Assembly: GCA_002189035.1 (NCBI GenBank) | Contig: NEEC01000008.1 | Span: 3,100,001-3,164,000 of the forward strand | Origin: Utricularia gibba | Lineage: Eukaryota > Plantae > Magnoliophyta | Direction of reading: 5' to 3' | DNA: 64,000 bases | Shown here: positions 1 through 13,552 of the stretch, piece after piece | Numbering within the stretch: the first letter of the stretch is position 1 | Layout of the letters: each line of letters starts with the position of its first letter | Translations under genes and position numbers: made by a program | The notes under the pieces: generated by a model | Database searches by the model: none | What the model saw: only the letters and a program-made list of their open reading frames with translations | What the model was told of the DNA's origin: nothing

Positions 1-752
1 AACCAGCAATATACTTCTAGACAAGAATATGAGAGCAAAGGTGTCAGATTTTGGCCTTTCGAAACTAGCAGTTGATGGAGCTTCCCATGTATCCAGTATT
101 GTTCGAGGAACCGTTGGTTATCTCGATCCTGAGTGAGCAACCTCCTCCCTCTTGTTCTGCATCATCTTCAACCAGGAGCTCATGGCGACTCAAATATTGC
201 AGGTATTACATTTCGCAGCAGTTGACAGAAAAAAGTGATGTCTACAGCTTTGGAGTCATCCTCCTGGAGCTGATATCTGGACAGGAAGCCATATCGAGCG
301 AAAGCTTTGGCATGAACTGCCGAAACATCGTCCAATGGGTATGGAAGTAACTGGTTCCCTCCTGTTTCTTCCTTCATCATCTTAAGCAAGCAGCAGATAC
401 TGAAATTGTTTCACTTGTGAAGGCCAAAATGCACATAGAGAGTGGAGACATACATGGTATCATCGATCCTGCGTTGCACGACTACGACATCCAATCCATG
501 TGGAGCATTGCAGAGAAAGCTTTGATGTGTGTGCAGCCCCATGGAAACATGAGGCCCTCGATTTCAGAAGTGATCAAGGATATCCTGGACGCTCTGGCTC
601 TGGAGAAGGGAGTGGAAGCATCAAAAGCAGGCAGCTCAGGTGAGGTCTCCAGGCACTCTGCTCACTCTCTCAACATGGGGTCTATGGATATGCACACTGG
701 AGACCACTTCTTGCCGATAGACGAATCAATTGCGGGTCCAACAGCACGATAG
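1..752 (+). CDS. 3' end of an LRR (malectin-like) receptor-like Ser/Thr kinase, At2g37050-like; 5' part lies outside the window; last three exons about 1-133, 202-338 and 422-752
   Basis: Kinase motifs [25 protein letters not shown]|[26 protein letters not shown], then W|[18 protein letters not shown]...RPSISEV, ending QPTAR-like (GPTAR*). GT-AG introns join the frames. Confidence 0.93.
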
Positions 753-1203
753 TCATCTGGAGATGAGGTTAGCAGATGAGCTGCTGATGCTGGACTTGGA
801 CATTGGTCAGGTTCAGCAAGCATTCCCCATTGAACCTGGTGTGAGCTTTTCAATATGCAGCTCGACTGCATGTCTCAATTTTCAGCAGATAAACAAAAAC
901 TTTTATGTTAAAAAACACCCTCAATTCTGGTAAGTGTAACGACCCGAACCTCGGGTTTGTATGCTCGGACATATCTAGCAACGCCATTCTTCCCGTCCTC
1001 AGCATGGTGGTGCTATTCTTCTTCCCTTGCTCCTCCTCCTCCCCATTTTGAACACGGTGGTGGGGTATATGAATGGCCACCATGGGAGTCGTAAGTGAGT
1101 TACAACTCTCCTCTTAGATGCCTATCATTCCAAGGGGCACGGCCCTCCATTTGGAGACTGCGGCAGTAGTTGTCAGGTTTATAAGTTGCATTGAACAATC
1201 AGA

Positions 1204-1275
1204 TCCATTGTCGTCCAGCGGTTAGGATATCTGGCTTTCACCCAGGAGACCCGGGTTCGATTCCCGGCAATGGAA
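1204..1275 (+). tRNA. trnE-TTC: tRNA-Glu (anticodon TTC)
   Basis: 72 nt, TCCATTG...CAATGGA acceptor stem, anticodon loop CT-TTC-AC, T-loop GGTTCGATTCC; oligo-T Pol III terminator at about 1279-1287. Confidence 0.97.
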
Positions 1276-1951
1276 TTCCTTTTTTTTCAACGTGCATAGA
1301 ACAGTGCAATAACAATTTTCGGAAACGAATGGAAAACATATAAATTGAAGTAAATATTCTAGTGAAATTGATCAAGTCCTCCATTTCTAATTTCTTCATT
1401 CACAGTCTTCTGCTATGGTTTCATGACTGTTTGCCGCCTTACCGAAGAGTGAGTCGGCTCCCATGCCAAGTTTCAAGTGCAGTTGTTGATGCAGCTTCCA
1501 TCGCAATTAGTAGCGGCTTCTCCAGGTGCTGCAGATTAAGGTCCTGACTTCCTCACCTAACTCTACTCTGTGGCTTTAGGAGTTCTATTGTTTTCCCATG
1601 AACCCAAAACTGCAAAGGTTTCACGAGTTTTTCTCACTCTACTCTGTTGCTTACCATTAGTGAGAGTAATTAGAGGAATCTTGATGGTGATGGAGAGCTG
1701 TGAAATCTACTATCCTGTCTGTAGCGATAGCAAAGGCAATAGCACAAGCCTCATGGTTAAACCAGGGGCAACAGAGAATCCATGTCTTTCTCAAACACCA
1801 TCAACTGCAGTGGCCAACCCAAAAAGAAACTTGGACAACAAAATGCTGACTGGTTCAATTAGAACACAAGGAAAAGCCATCTGTTTCAAGTCTATAGCTA
1901 GCAATTGCAATTGGAGGAAACAACTCACGGATCACCTTGAAGGTTGGTAAT

Positions 1952-2888
1952 CTATTCTCCTGGTGCAGAGACGCCTTGCTTCAGCCGTTCCCTTTTCATC
2001 TTCTTCTTAGAGATGGGCTTCTTTTTCTTGGGGGGAGTGTTTTCTGGGCATACATGTACATCACATAGTTACCAACCAGGAACAGCACAAGCAGACCACC
2101 AACAACGAGCAAGACGATCAGTCCTGGGTTGAATCCCGTTGCTTCAGCACCCTGGACAACATTTTTAGGGACATCAGTCAGAGCACAATCGGGTTCTTCA
2201 TAGCACAACACTTTGGATTACAAAAAAGGTCAATAGCAATTAAGAGTGAGGCAATTTGTAGGTGTTAAATACCTCAAAATGGAGTACTACAACTCCTCAA
2301 AATGCATTTACTGTACTCGATAAGCTTCAGAAATGCATACAGATATCTATATCTTCTAGGAAAGAAAGTCTTTCTATAAAACCCAAGATGGGTGAAGCGA
2401 TGATGAGACGTGAAAGATAAAAAATCTCACCATAATGCTAATGCAAGTTACAACATCAAACCACAGAATGCCTAATTGTATCAAATCGACATATTCACAA
2501 GTGAACATCAAGTAAGCACAAACCCCTCATTTGGAAAAGCCCACTCATCAACTCCACATAGCTAGCAAGAAAAGCCATATAACTTCAAAAGAAGCATGTC
2601 AAATGCCCCCTGAACAAAAGCCCCACTTCCAGAAAATGATTGCATGCATAAGCAACAAACGCTGATCTAAACGGACAAATTCGAAAGCGCTCACGTCTGA
2701 AGAATAGAAACCCTCCCAGAAGAAGACATTCACAACATCAGAAATCGAGAAAAATGACATTGGTCCAAAAATAAGCAGATCCACCAAAAAATAAGACGAA
2801 TCAAGATTGGGATCTAAAGCACAGAAGTATATACCACTCGATCAAAAGTCGGAGGCGATTGATATTCGAAATCCTCTTCTTTGTCCAT
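1952..2888 (-). CDS. S1FA: DNA-binding protein S1FA; exon 1 2888-2835, exon 2 about 2151-1952; apparent 1-bp deletion in the G6 run at 2030-2035
   Basis: [18 protein letters not shown] | [41 protein letters not shown]. Adding one C restores [25 protein letters not shown], the canonical S1FA C-terminus. Confidence 0.9.
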
Positions 2889-2983
2889 GCCTTGTCCGTC
2901 TGTCTTTTCCGCGGGCTAGATGGAAGAAAACCGGACTTGTGGCATTCCAAGATATTTATAACAAATAAAACATCAGCAATAAC

Positions 2984-3055
2984 GGGCATTTGGTCTAGTG
3001 GTATGATTCTCGCTTAGGGTGCGAGAGGTCCCGAGTTCAATTCTCGGAATGCCCC
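2984..3055 (+). tRNA. trnP-AGG: tRNA-Pro (anticodon AGG)
   Basis: 72 nt GGGCATTTGGTCTAGTGG...CTT-AGG-GT...GAGTTCAATTCTCGGAATGCCCC, the typical plant nuclear tRNA-Pro sequence. Confidence 0.97.
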
Positions 3056-3217
3056 TCGCTCTTCATTTTGTCATCCAACTACTATTTTCTACGAAATAAA
3101 TCACTAGTTTATCAGCTTTTGTGAAAATAATAGAAGATATCTTTTTATGGAAAATAAGAAAATTGCATTTCACCACAACATCGACAAAACCCAACAAAAA
3201 AAGATCGGGAGGTAGCA

Positions 3218-4060
3218 TCAAGAGAAGGCAGCCACCGCCGTGATCACCGCGGCGATCGCCGTGAAACACTCTCTATAGACCCCACTTGCGGAGGACGAAT
3301 CCGCCGTAACGCCTCGGGAAGCCGCCGGGGAGTCGGCGGGTTTCTTCTTGTTAGGCGAAGACGGCGAGGGTGCCTGCGCCGGCGAGGCAAAGAAGCTGAG
3401 TGGAAGCAGCACTTGATCCACCTGATAGACTGCCAATTGCCCGTCCGTGTAGATTGTGTTAGCAATCGTCGCATTCGTCTCGCCGGTGGTTATATTCACT
3501 TGGTTGTCGGAGGCCGTGACGTTCAACGGAAAGGATCCCTGGCTGCCGCCGGCTTGTGTACGAAGAGGGTTACTCGCCGTCTGAAACGACGAGGGGGGAA
3601 GAATGAAGGAAGGACATGGAACTGAATCAGCTGAACTTTCTGCTCGTCCGTGAAGGTGTTCAACGTCCCGGGCTTCAGGCTGGCGAATGCACCGTCTCCG
3701 GGGCTAAGACCGTGAGGCCCTGATTCGAATTGTTGAGCTGTGTGTTGATCTGATCTGCAACCTGTTTGAAACCATAAGAACTTGATCAGCAATAACAGTA
3801 AATACTGCAAGTATTAGTGATGATCCCAAGGAACCAGAGCACAATGTTGTCAACTACAGAGAGTACTACCAAAAGGAATCATATACAACCTTGGTGGTTT
3901 GCAGGAGACGGATGAATGTACTGAACTGTCCACCTTTTTCAAGAACAGCCGTGACATTTGTTGGCTGCCGCGGTGCCGGTGCGGCTGCCGGCGACTGCGC
4001 GAACGCAGTAAGGTACAGGGAAGCCAGGATGAGAGGAAGAAGAAGAGGAAGGCGATCCAT
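3218..4060 (-). CDS. Fasciclin-like arabinogalactan protein (group A, FLA11/12-like), GPI-anchored; intron 3762-3889; two apparent 1-bp deletions (G4 at 3700-3703, G6 at 3593-3598)
   Basis: Signal peptide, AP-rich AGP segment, FAS1 domain (TNVTAVLEKGGQFSTFIRLL, AFASLKPGTLN, LIQFHVLP, SNPLRTQAG, LAVYQVDQVLLP), second Pro/Ala/Ser-rich region and hydrophobic C-terminus. Confidence 0.9.
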
Positions 4061-4534
4061 TTAGGAGGCTCTCAGTGAGGGATGAGAAGAGGGAAGCAGT
4101 TAATATATGGAGTGGAGATGATGAGCCTGGTGGGGTAACAAGCCCTGAAAATGATGTTGCAGCAGCTCGTTGCTTTGCTTTGCATCAAAGTTAAAGATAC
4201 CCTTTTGCTATAATCAACTTTCAAGAATGCAGTTAACCTCAGACTCCGATCAGGAAAGATCAACCAACATTACTACATCTGTGATTTTCAGTTACCTTGT
4301 TTGAACAGTCTCTTTCATTGAGTCTTTGAATTAGTAACCATTCATGTACAGTAGAGAATTATTGTTAGTTTTTTTTGTTTGACAGGAAGTGGGGACTGTT
4401 GATATCACTGAGGACTTGAACTCTACAAGACGGTACCTCTGTTTTTACTAACAGCTCTCTTCAACATTTGATCCAGCCTGATCAAAGGGATGCAAAAACT
4501 GGGCTTCATCTTCTGTTTCGCCCGTCTGCATCTG

Positions 4535-7087
4535 TCAGAAGCCGCGGCCGTCGTCCCTTTGTGGTAGCTGCTGGGAGCTTGCTGGTGATAGAGTATCAGA
4601 GGAATCTGGCGTACGAGCTTGTTGTACTGAACTTTGCTGAGCAGGTGCAAGCTCCGTCTGGTGTCGCCGTCTCTTGAAGATGGTTAAACATATCCATGTG
4701 CCACACATTGCACCTCCAAAACCGATGAATGCTGCGAAAAGCACTGAGAGAACGGCCTGCATATGAAGCTAATGATGCAGGGGATGTCAGTCATGCAAAT
4801 CAGGCCAGAGGTTAGGTGTCTTCTCAAAGAAAATTATGATGGCTGCTTACTAGTGAATAGAAGATGTGTGCACAGACGATGACTAAACAAAACTGAACAG
4901 CGGCGTACATCCAAGCATATCCTTGTCGAACTACATGAGAAAGATCATGGGAATTAAAGGTGTTCGAAGGAAGAGCAAAGATTAGATCTTTAAGGTGAAA
5001 TCACATACCCATGGTTGTTGAAATCATGGTTGCAAGGACTCCTAATATGCAGGAAAAGGGCAGAGATATAGAAATTGCACTGGCTCCCATCTTAATGACC
5101 TGCAGATGGGATCAGAATGAGACAGAGCACCTTCTCGAATAGGAGAGTCATCTGTACTAACCAAAAGTTGCTCCAAGAAACAGAAATAGGCCAGCATGCT
5201 GACAAGCACAAGTATGGGAACATCCTGCAAGATCCTGTGCACAAATCCTTCTATTGTGAGAGGTTTCGTGTGTATCTTGTAGATTGCAAAAACATGGTCT
5301 TTTTCTGACCGGTATCGAGGCGAATCGGTTGGAGGAGTTGCAACTTCTCGTATTTGAAAAGTTCTGATTCTCAAAAGGGTGACTGGTAAATTTTTAACAT
5401 CTTGCTGGCAAACATCACAGGTCTTGTTCCCCTTCAAGCTAAACCACTTAATAGCACACTGTTTATGGGCTAATGCAAGATCACCTTTGCAGCTGCACTC
5501 CATCTTGAGGGTATCTGAGCCTTCAGCTAACTCTTCAAAGCAGATTCTACAAACTGCTTCTTCTTCAGGAATGTCTTCCCCATAATCACTTTTCTTACCT
5601 ATGAAAGTTAATCAACACGTTGGCTTAAAGGAAAACACCAACTATCACTACACACAGGGGTGCAAGTAAAAGTACATGCATTGATCAAGTGATGTAAGTG
5701 TCTCACCTGTGTCAAGAGCTGGATCTGCACTGGAAGTTGCAGCTGTGTTTTCTTTTTCCATGGGAGTCGCTGGTATTACACGGTAGCCGCTACCTAAAGA
5801 GTTCACACGTTTGACACTGGTCTCCTTAGACAAAACGGGGACTGAGCGTGAGCGATGAAACAGTGCACTATTCCCGCCTTTCTGCAGCAACAAGTTTGCC
5901 ACTTAGACGAAGATGAAAACAGCTAGTGAGTGCATTATTAATCAACAGAACTCTCAAGGATACATACACCACCAACATCATCAGCTATGGAAGAAGCTGC
6001 CCCATGTGAAGATTCCGGATTTGAATGCACCATAGGAATAGGTGGTAAAGAAGATGTTCTTGAGATGGTCTTCGGATAGAAGAACTTGGATAAAGAAAAG
6101 GTTCTGGATATCGAAGTTTTCCTTCCCAAATCAGAAGTATCCTCCTGTTCTGAAGTTTCAGCCTTTTCAAGATCCGAGTTTCCATTCCTGAACATGAAGC
6201 TTAGCCTTGGAAAGAGATTTTTCATCGCAGTTTTCCCTTTTGATGACGAGGGGCTGGGCAATTCATCGCTACTAAGAACAAGCGGACTTGGTAATGGAGA
6301 AAAATTCACTTTCCGTGGGGTTTGAGCCGGCGAAGGCAGTATGTTTACAACAGCATAGTCCTCTGCACTTTCAGTAGCTTTTTTGGGGGGAATCTTCACT
6401 ATCAACTCGTTTGCCGGTTGCAACTCTGTGCTTGTTGATTCGTCGCATGTTATTTCACTTGACTTGATCGTCTCGTAGCCCTGAAAGGCATCATCATCTC
6501 AAATTCTTCAGTATCCAACACTCCCTTTGAAGCACAACAAGTTCTTCCAACAATACTACTAAAAGAACAATTAGATTTGCAGTTTGTTATCAGTGTTTTC
6601 TACACTATCAGCAAACAAGAAAATGCACAAAATCGGATGAAAGTCTCCTTTTCTTTTGCTACAAGACAACAATTTGCATGCACAAGATGAAGATCAAACC
6701 GTAAGATGAATCCAACATAACTTGAAAAAATGATAAAAAGATGCACTTTCCACAACAGAAAACAGCCAAAATGATCAAACAATCCATAGAAAAAGACTAC
6801 ACCCCATTACAGAAAACGACCGCCACAGCGAAGAAAACAAGGTAAAATCAATAACCTTCGAGACTGAAGGGAAAATAAACCATTTTGACAACAGGGGAAC
6901 AATTAAAAAACATAGCCAAGATGATAATAAAACAAACAGCACTACACCCCATTTCAAGAAACCACTACAACAGCAACAAAAACTGGTAAAAACGAACCCT
7001 TGGTGCCGAAACCTCGTCGGAGTGATCGATTTTGGAGATGCCAACCTTACTTTCTTCAGCTGGAGAGGTTTTTTCAGCAGCTTCCAT
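4535..7087 (-). CDS. RING-CH (RINGv/MARCH-type) membrane E3 ubiquitin ligase, multi-exon; start codon inferred
   Basis: EDIPEEEAVCRICFEEL...MECSCKGDLALAHKQCAIKWFSLKGNKTCDVC...VKNLPVTLLRI; QDVPILVLVSMLAYFCFLEQLL; C-terminal TM segments (QAVLSVLFAAFIGFGGAMCG). Confidence 0.88.
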
Positions 7088-8593
7088 TTCCGGGTTGCCC
7101 AAGCAGAAGGTAGGCAATGAAACAGACAAGAGGGGGGTAAAACGTAAAAAAAAATCTCGAAACAAAAGCTCAAACGTCTCCAACAAGAAAATCAGATAAC
7201 AGAAGTCTATTACAAGACAACTGAAAATTATGCTTTCCGTTGCAATGTCTGTCCGGTTTAGACTTTTATAGTCGCTACGTGTGCCTTGTCTAAACTTAAC
7301 CTTATACTGCTCGGTACCCGAAAAAAAAAAAGAAAAATTCTTTTTTGTTTTTTTTGTGTGTAAATAAATTAAAATGGGGGTCTTAATTACCTATCAATAG
7401 GTCCATGTGGATGATCTTATTTTCAATGCTTGAAAATCTTTTGAAACCAGTTAGACCCCTCAATTTTAAATAATATGTACTTAAATCAAAGGAACATGTT
7501 AAAATACAATATTTTTCATTTTCGAGTATTACATGAATATATATATTTTTTAAAAAATAATTTTAGTCGTATTTCTAATAATTTAATGGTTATTGTCTTT
7601 TAAATATACGATAAAATGAAATATGTTATGTATAAAATTTTAATAATAATATATAAAATAAAAATATCCAATGACTAATTTTCTAAATAACTTAAGTAAA
7701 ATAAGTTCTAAGGGTAGAATCGTGTTTAGCCCTCGGGCCTCAAGCTTTTAAACATTCGGATTTAATGATCTTAAACACGTTTTAAAGGTTTCATTAACTC
7801 CCTAGAGACCAAATCACATTTGAAGGACGCCTAATCCCCACTCCCTATAAAACCATCTCCCGGAGTCCAATTCAGTGGATTCCCCTTCTTATTTTCCTCA
7901 TCTCAATTGCAACCAAATCAACGATTAATCCATAGAATAATTAGAAAATGTTTGATCTACGAGATTAAAATAAAAATAATTAAAAAGGAGATGTCAAATT
8001 GAATCCCGAGTTTATTTAAAACTCTGAACGTAGACAAAGTACAATTTATGACCAAATCAAACAAAGGGACTGTAATAAGATGAGACCTCTATGTTTTTAG
8101 GGTAATAAACCAGATAGAAAGGGTCTAGTTTGAAAAAGCTCCATTAGAGCTTCAAGAGTTGTCAATTTTTTTATAAGATTTGGTACTTGGTGAATAGAAA
8201 TAAAATAAGAGAATATAGGCATGCTGAACTCTCCCTCTGATGACGATGGTATAAAGTTGTAGTATCTGTAGGCTAACTGCTGGGATCTAACTCGTACACA
8301 AATTTCCACACCTCATTATATTGCCAAGACTTAATGCAGGCACATGCACGTTTGACAAACTAGACTATGAAAAATTCAATATAACATGTTCATTAGGGTG
8401 ATCCCCGGCCAGAACAGGTCGCAATGCAGAGACTAGACTTATCCATGTTGAATTAGTAGGTTGCAAGGATGGCTAATCATAAGTGTAGGAGGCAGGTGTT
8501 GGAAAGGGGTGCATATTCACAAGGAGAGTATACTTCGCCAAGTTAAAAAAAAAAAAGAAAAATTCTCCACTGTACTTGCGGATATGCAGAGTT

Positions 8594-11500
8594 TCATAGT
8601 CCAAAAGCAACTCTCTGCACAAAGTCCGGGCGTCTTTTGGTTGGCAGTCGGAGGAGGCCGGTGATCTGCAGCTCAATCACTGCCCTGCAAAACTCGGCTC
8701 TATTGTAAGTCAAGGGGCACATTAACAACAGAGAAGTGTACCAGTCCACCTCGGATCAAGCCATCTACTTTCAGCATACTCTATGTCATTTAATGAGAAA
8801 AATGAATGGAGACTCAGTTAGGATACTGGATGGATACGTCGCTTTTGTTTGTTGTTCCATTGCGTTTTTGTTTTTTGGGTGATGGTGAAGTTCTAGACTT
8901 CTTAGACTTGGAAGGTGGTGGAGAAACAATGGCTTTGAAGGAGTGAAACCAGTCATGGAGATTAATGAGGTCACCATGCTCTTGTGCAAGTGCATACCTG
9001 CACGAGTAAATGAGTGTTTCATAATGTTCACAATGCTTCTCCATTCTCAACCTTAGCTGGGATAGTGCTGCTTACAGTATTGACGCATTGTGCATCGAGG
9101 GAGCGAGAGCACTATCATTTTTGCTGCAGCAAGAACACTTGAGGAATGTGCTGGATTCCAAGAGGTCAGCTTGGATTCTTCTACGAGGGTCGCCTATTAG
9201 AGCCTGAAGTCAAATAAAAATAAGGATAATATGATATGCTATTAGCAAATATGAACTACAACTATTTTTATGGTTCCATCGAATGCCCACCATTTGAAGT
9301 TTGTCGACATCATTTAAGAATGGCATTTTAGAGAGAGGCATCTTTTCAATTGATTGAGCGCATTGCCTGCTTCAGATTATAGCAGTAAAGAGCTACTTCC
9401 ACATCGAATAAGTTAATAGAAAGTAAGTCAATTCATAGTTTTGGGGCTTCAAACCTGACCAACCACTGCAGAAATGCAGAAGCTTTCTCATTTACAGTTG
9501 ATCTACCAGTCTTTTTGTTCGCACCATTCCTTGCTGGCCTTCTGTCAATTTGAAAAATTGTGAAACTTCCTGAATACCGTTACATGAACTAAAATCGTTG
9601 CAATCAGACAATGTTAAGAGAAAACTGACCCCTTGATCACACTGCCGGATTCAGGGTCATTGAAAAAAGACATCATCAAATGAGGATGGGAGAGATAAAA
9701 AGGAACCTAGCTAGACATAATGTATCACACTATTGTAATAAAGAATCAGAGGAGTACTTGGAAGCTGGAGAAGTGTCAAGTTTTGGGCAATTCATTTCCA
9801 TGGTTGAAAGGTGTTGTAACTCCTTAACTTTCTGGTGAATCTGAACGCAATGCCATATGGAGTAAGCAATAAACATGGCACGGAGAAAAGGATCAAAGGC
9901 TGAAAATTGATGTCTACCTCATCGAATTCTTTGGTATGGGTTTCCCACCTTTTCAGAAGATTGGGCAGCTTTGCACCTGGTAGATCCCTGGAAAAAATAA
10001 TTAGCTGAATATAACAAGTGAATTTATCTTCAGAAAAGAACGCCAGAAACTCACCTGACAAATGCATAAGCCCAAGTAAGATGACCTCCATTCTTCAACT
10101 GGCAAACCAACTGATTGCCGTGTACTGATATCGTGTTATCCTCAGTCAAATTATCACGAGCAGTCCCTCCTAGAATCTCACAGTACATATCTAAGAGCGA
10201 ACTTTTTCTATGCTTTCCAACTTCATACATGCACTGCAATAAAATGACTAATCTGTTACCAGGCATACAAGCATCTCATGTGATGTAGGCCATAATTCAG
10301 TGAAGTTTGTATAATCTGTACAGCTGGGTACTAACATCAAGGAGGGTATTCGAGCATCTTACCATAAACATGGAGCTCCACAGCTGACAAACTCTTTTCA
10401 CTTCAGATGGATCAACAACCATGTCAGCAGAAGGTAGCATTAAGTTAGAAGGTGCGATGTACGTGTGCTGGACCATAGCAATCTGAAAAAATTATAAAAG
10501 TTAGGAGTAGAGTTAGAGATGAACTAACGGCTAAAGGAACTGCAAAGTTCATTATACTAACCCTCAGCGCTCTGATGAATAAGGTAAGTGTCCCGTCATG
10601 TTTTACAAAGTAATCCCTCAGAAAATTCAAGACATGATTCCCAATAATAAAGCTCTCACCAGCTTTAAGAACAGCCTCCACTACAGAATCCATCCTTTCA
10701 GCTGGAGGTCTCAAAGCGAATTCAGAAATGGACAGATACAGACACGTATTAGAGCTTAGGATGCCTCTCACAAAGTCAACTGTTGTTGCGACCCCAAGTA
10801 CCAATATAACAGGAATTTTTATCAACCATTCCCTGACAAGATGAAAATTCGCATCATCTGAGAACTATGAAAATAATATAGAAACATTGAGGCAACTATC
10901 TTTAAAATGTGATCAAGTGCAGGGAAAACAATACAATCGAAAAAAAAAATACCTCAACACATTGATGAAATCTGCCAAGACGGAACTGCAGCATCTTTCA
11001 ACTTCATCAATGATGACAACCAAAGGGCTCTCATATTTTACATTTTGAGAGTACCATGATGCTAAAACACACATGTCGGGCACCTGTTGTACGTAATAAA
11101 CTACGTGAGCTCATTGCATTATAAAAAAAAAAAAATGTGACGGCAATTATGGAGTCGGAGTTGATTACTAACTCACATCGACACTAATTGCCAAAAACTG
11201 CCTGAACAGAGTTTTAAGACAACCACCAATTCCATTTTTAGAAGAAAAGTCCAGTGAGGATAGGTGAGCAACATAACATCCACTGCCTCTAAGATGTTTT
11301 CCCAGGTCTAAAAATGTTGATATGTCATCAACATAATCTAAGTTTTCTGCAAATCAAAGAGAAGATATTCAACGAGTGACACTTCATGAAAATGTATATC
11401 ACTATAAGAACTACCTACAAGCGAATCGTTAGAAAAAAGTTGCACTTTTTTTGCAAATAAAAAAGCAACCACTTACTAATGAAAAGCAACGAAGTAAAGA

Positions 11501-12053
11501 TTCGTCTAGATGCATCCTCAGCAGCATTGACGGAATTATCAAGAATTGGGAACGGGCGCGAAGGGCTCTTTGAGTCAAGCTTCCCCAAATTACGAATTGA
11601 ATCAAAGGACCCATGAACCCACTTATCAATTTCATCAAACAAATTCGCGTGTATACCTTTGATAGCATCCTGAAAACCAGAAAAGAAGCAACCTCAGAAC
11701 AATGTATAACCGTGGGGTAAACAAAAACCAAATTTTACCTTGATAAATGATTCAGTGTTGGACCAGAGGGAATTGAAGGTTTCTAATCGCCGATCGTCCC
11801 TACACTCCTCGGCGGAACCATTTAAGGATTTAGGAAACAGGTCGATTTTCCTTCTGGCTTTAGTCACTGGCTTTCGCGGCGAAGACGCTCTGTGGAGAAT
11901 GAAAAACGGCTGCAACAGACGAAAGAAACGCACAGGTTGCTACTAGAAACTCTGTCAAATCATACATCACTTAATCGTATATCTATCTACCTGAAGGTCA
12001 TTTTCTGAAGTCGGAATGCTCAGAGAAGGTGTCGAGTCTTCCGTTGGAGGCAT
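8594..12053 (-). CDS. ORC3: Origin recognition complex subunit 3, multi-exon; last intron (8700-8826) is U12-like
   Basis: MPPTEDSTPSLSIPTSENDLQ|PFFILHRASS; LVVIIDEVE; KIPVILVLGVATT; LRDYFVKHDGTLTLFIRAL; YALAQEHGDLINLHDWFHSF; FCRAVIELQITGLLRLPTKRRPDFVQRVAFGL*. Confidence 0.93.
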
Positions 12054-12465
12054 CGTCTGTCTTCTACGCTCCCGTCGGCGGTGGATTTTAGGTTAACGGT
12101 AAACGTCCCCTGATTTTGGCGGGAACGCTGATGGATGTCGAGTAACGAAATAATGAAGGATTGCATTTATATTTTAGTTTTTTAAAAAAAAATTACCTTA
12201 ATCAAAGCTTATAATTTAAAAAAATTAATTTTGTAGCCTTTTTCTTCATAGTTTGTGATCCGGCCGGTTGAACCGGACGAATCCGAGTTAACTTTGAGAT
12301 AAGAATTATAAGAGTCCGAAATGCATGTTATTCCTTGTGCACTTAAACCAAAAGAACAAGAAGAGGGGAAACCAAAACAACATGAACACACACATCCGAG
12401 GAGTATATGAGTTGACGCCTGAAAATTTTACAGACGGCGGTTTCCGGTGCCTGCTCCGGCGAATA

Positions 12466-13552
12466 TCAATGGGAAGAGCTCTTGAAAGAAGCCAGAGCTT
12501 TGACTGCGCCGGCCCTCAAGATGTACTGATGGTAGATCATCGCAATGAAGGCTCCGATGAATGGCCCAACCCAGAAAATCCACTGCATATAAACTTTGTT
12601 GTAAAACACCTAGATTTTGTCCAAGTGTAGTAGTAGCTCATAAGATGAACAGTCTTACATGATGATCCCATGCCTCGCCGAAGACCACGGCGGCGCCCAA
12701 GCTTCGAGCGGGGTTGATGCCGGTGCCGGTGACCGGAATCGTGGCTAGATGAACCATGAAGACGGCGAATCCAATTGGAAGTGGAGCCAGAACCTGCATC
12801 CACCATTGAAAAAGAATGGCTAAAATCCTATCGAATTTCGGCCCTTGGAAGAAAAAGGCTCTTACAGGAACGTGGGAGTCTCTAGCATTTCTCTTAGGAT
12901 CGGTAGCGGAGAAAACAGTGTACACCAGCACGAAAGTTCCGATGATCTCCGCCGCCAGGCCGGTGCCGATGGTGTAGCCTTTGGACAATCCATTAGCTCC
13001 GCCGCCGTACCTGTCATAATAATCTCCCTGAAGCAACTTCACTAGTCTACAGCCGCAGATGGCTCCTGCGCATTGAGCGATGATGTAGAGTACTCCCCGA
13101 ACCAGAGACACCTTCCGGGCAAGGAAAAGCCCCAACGTCACCGCCGGATTAATGTGCCCACCTTGAAAGAACATTCATATTTGTCGTCAGTTAACATCTT
13201 CATCAATTAATTTACCCTTAAGACACCATGATTCACTTTCCTTACGAGCAAAGTACAGAAAACGTACCCGAAATTCCTGCAGTGCAGTAAACAAGAACGA
13301 AGATCATCCCCCAAAGGACCAAGCAATGCCGAGAATCCCCACCCCACCGCAGCGGTTGGCGGCGCTCTGCGCCTTGTACCCGATCACCGTCAAGACGGTG
13401 ATATACAGGAACAAAAGAGTAGCGATGAACTCAGCGATCACCGCCCTGTACAGCGACCATTTCCCCAGCTCCCCCAGGTCGATGAGAGGCGCCGGCGGGG
13501 GGTCGCGGTAGTCCTTTCCAGACTCACCTCCAGCCTCCATGTCCTTCGCCAT
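12466..13552 (-). CDS. PIP2: Plasma membrane aquaporin PIP2, four exons; apparent 1-bp deletion in the C5 run at 13308-13312
   Basis: [31 protein letters not shown], two NPA motifs ([18 protein letters not shown]), [11 protein letters not shown]...[17 protein letters not shown]. Confidence 0.95.

Noticed and set aside
935-1104. TGTAACGACCCG...GTTACA segment resembling a gypsy solo LTR or TRIM
   Set aside because: Only 170 bp, no matching TSD, and no PBS or PPT seen; insufficient support.
5956-5964. GTATCCTTG U12-donor-like motif in the RING-CH gene
   Set aside because: A canonical GT donor lies a few bases upstream and no U12 branch site was found near the acceptor.
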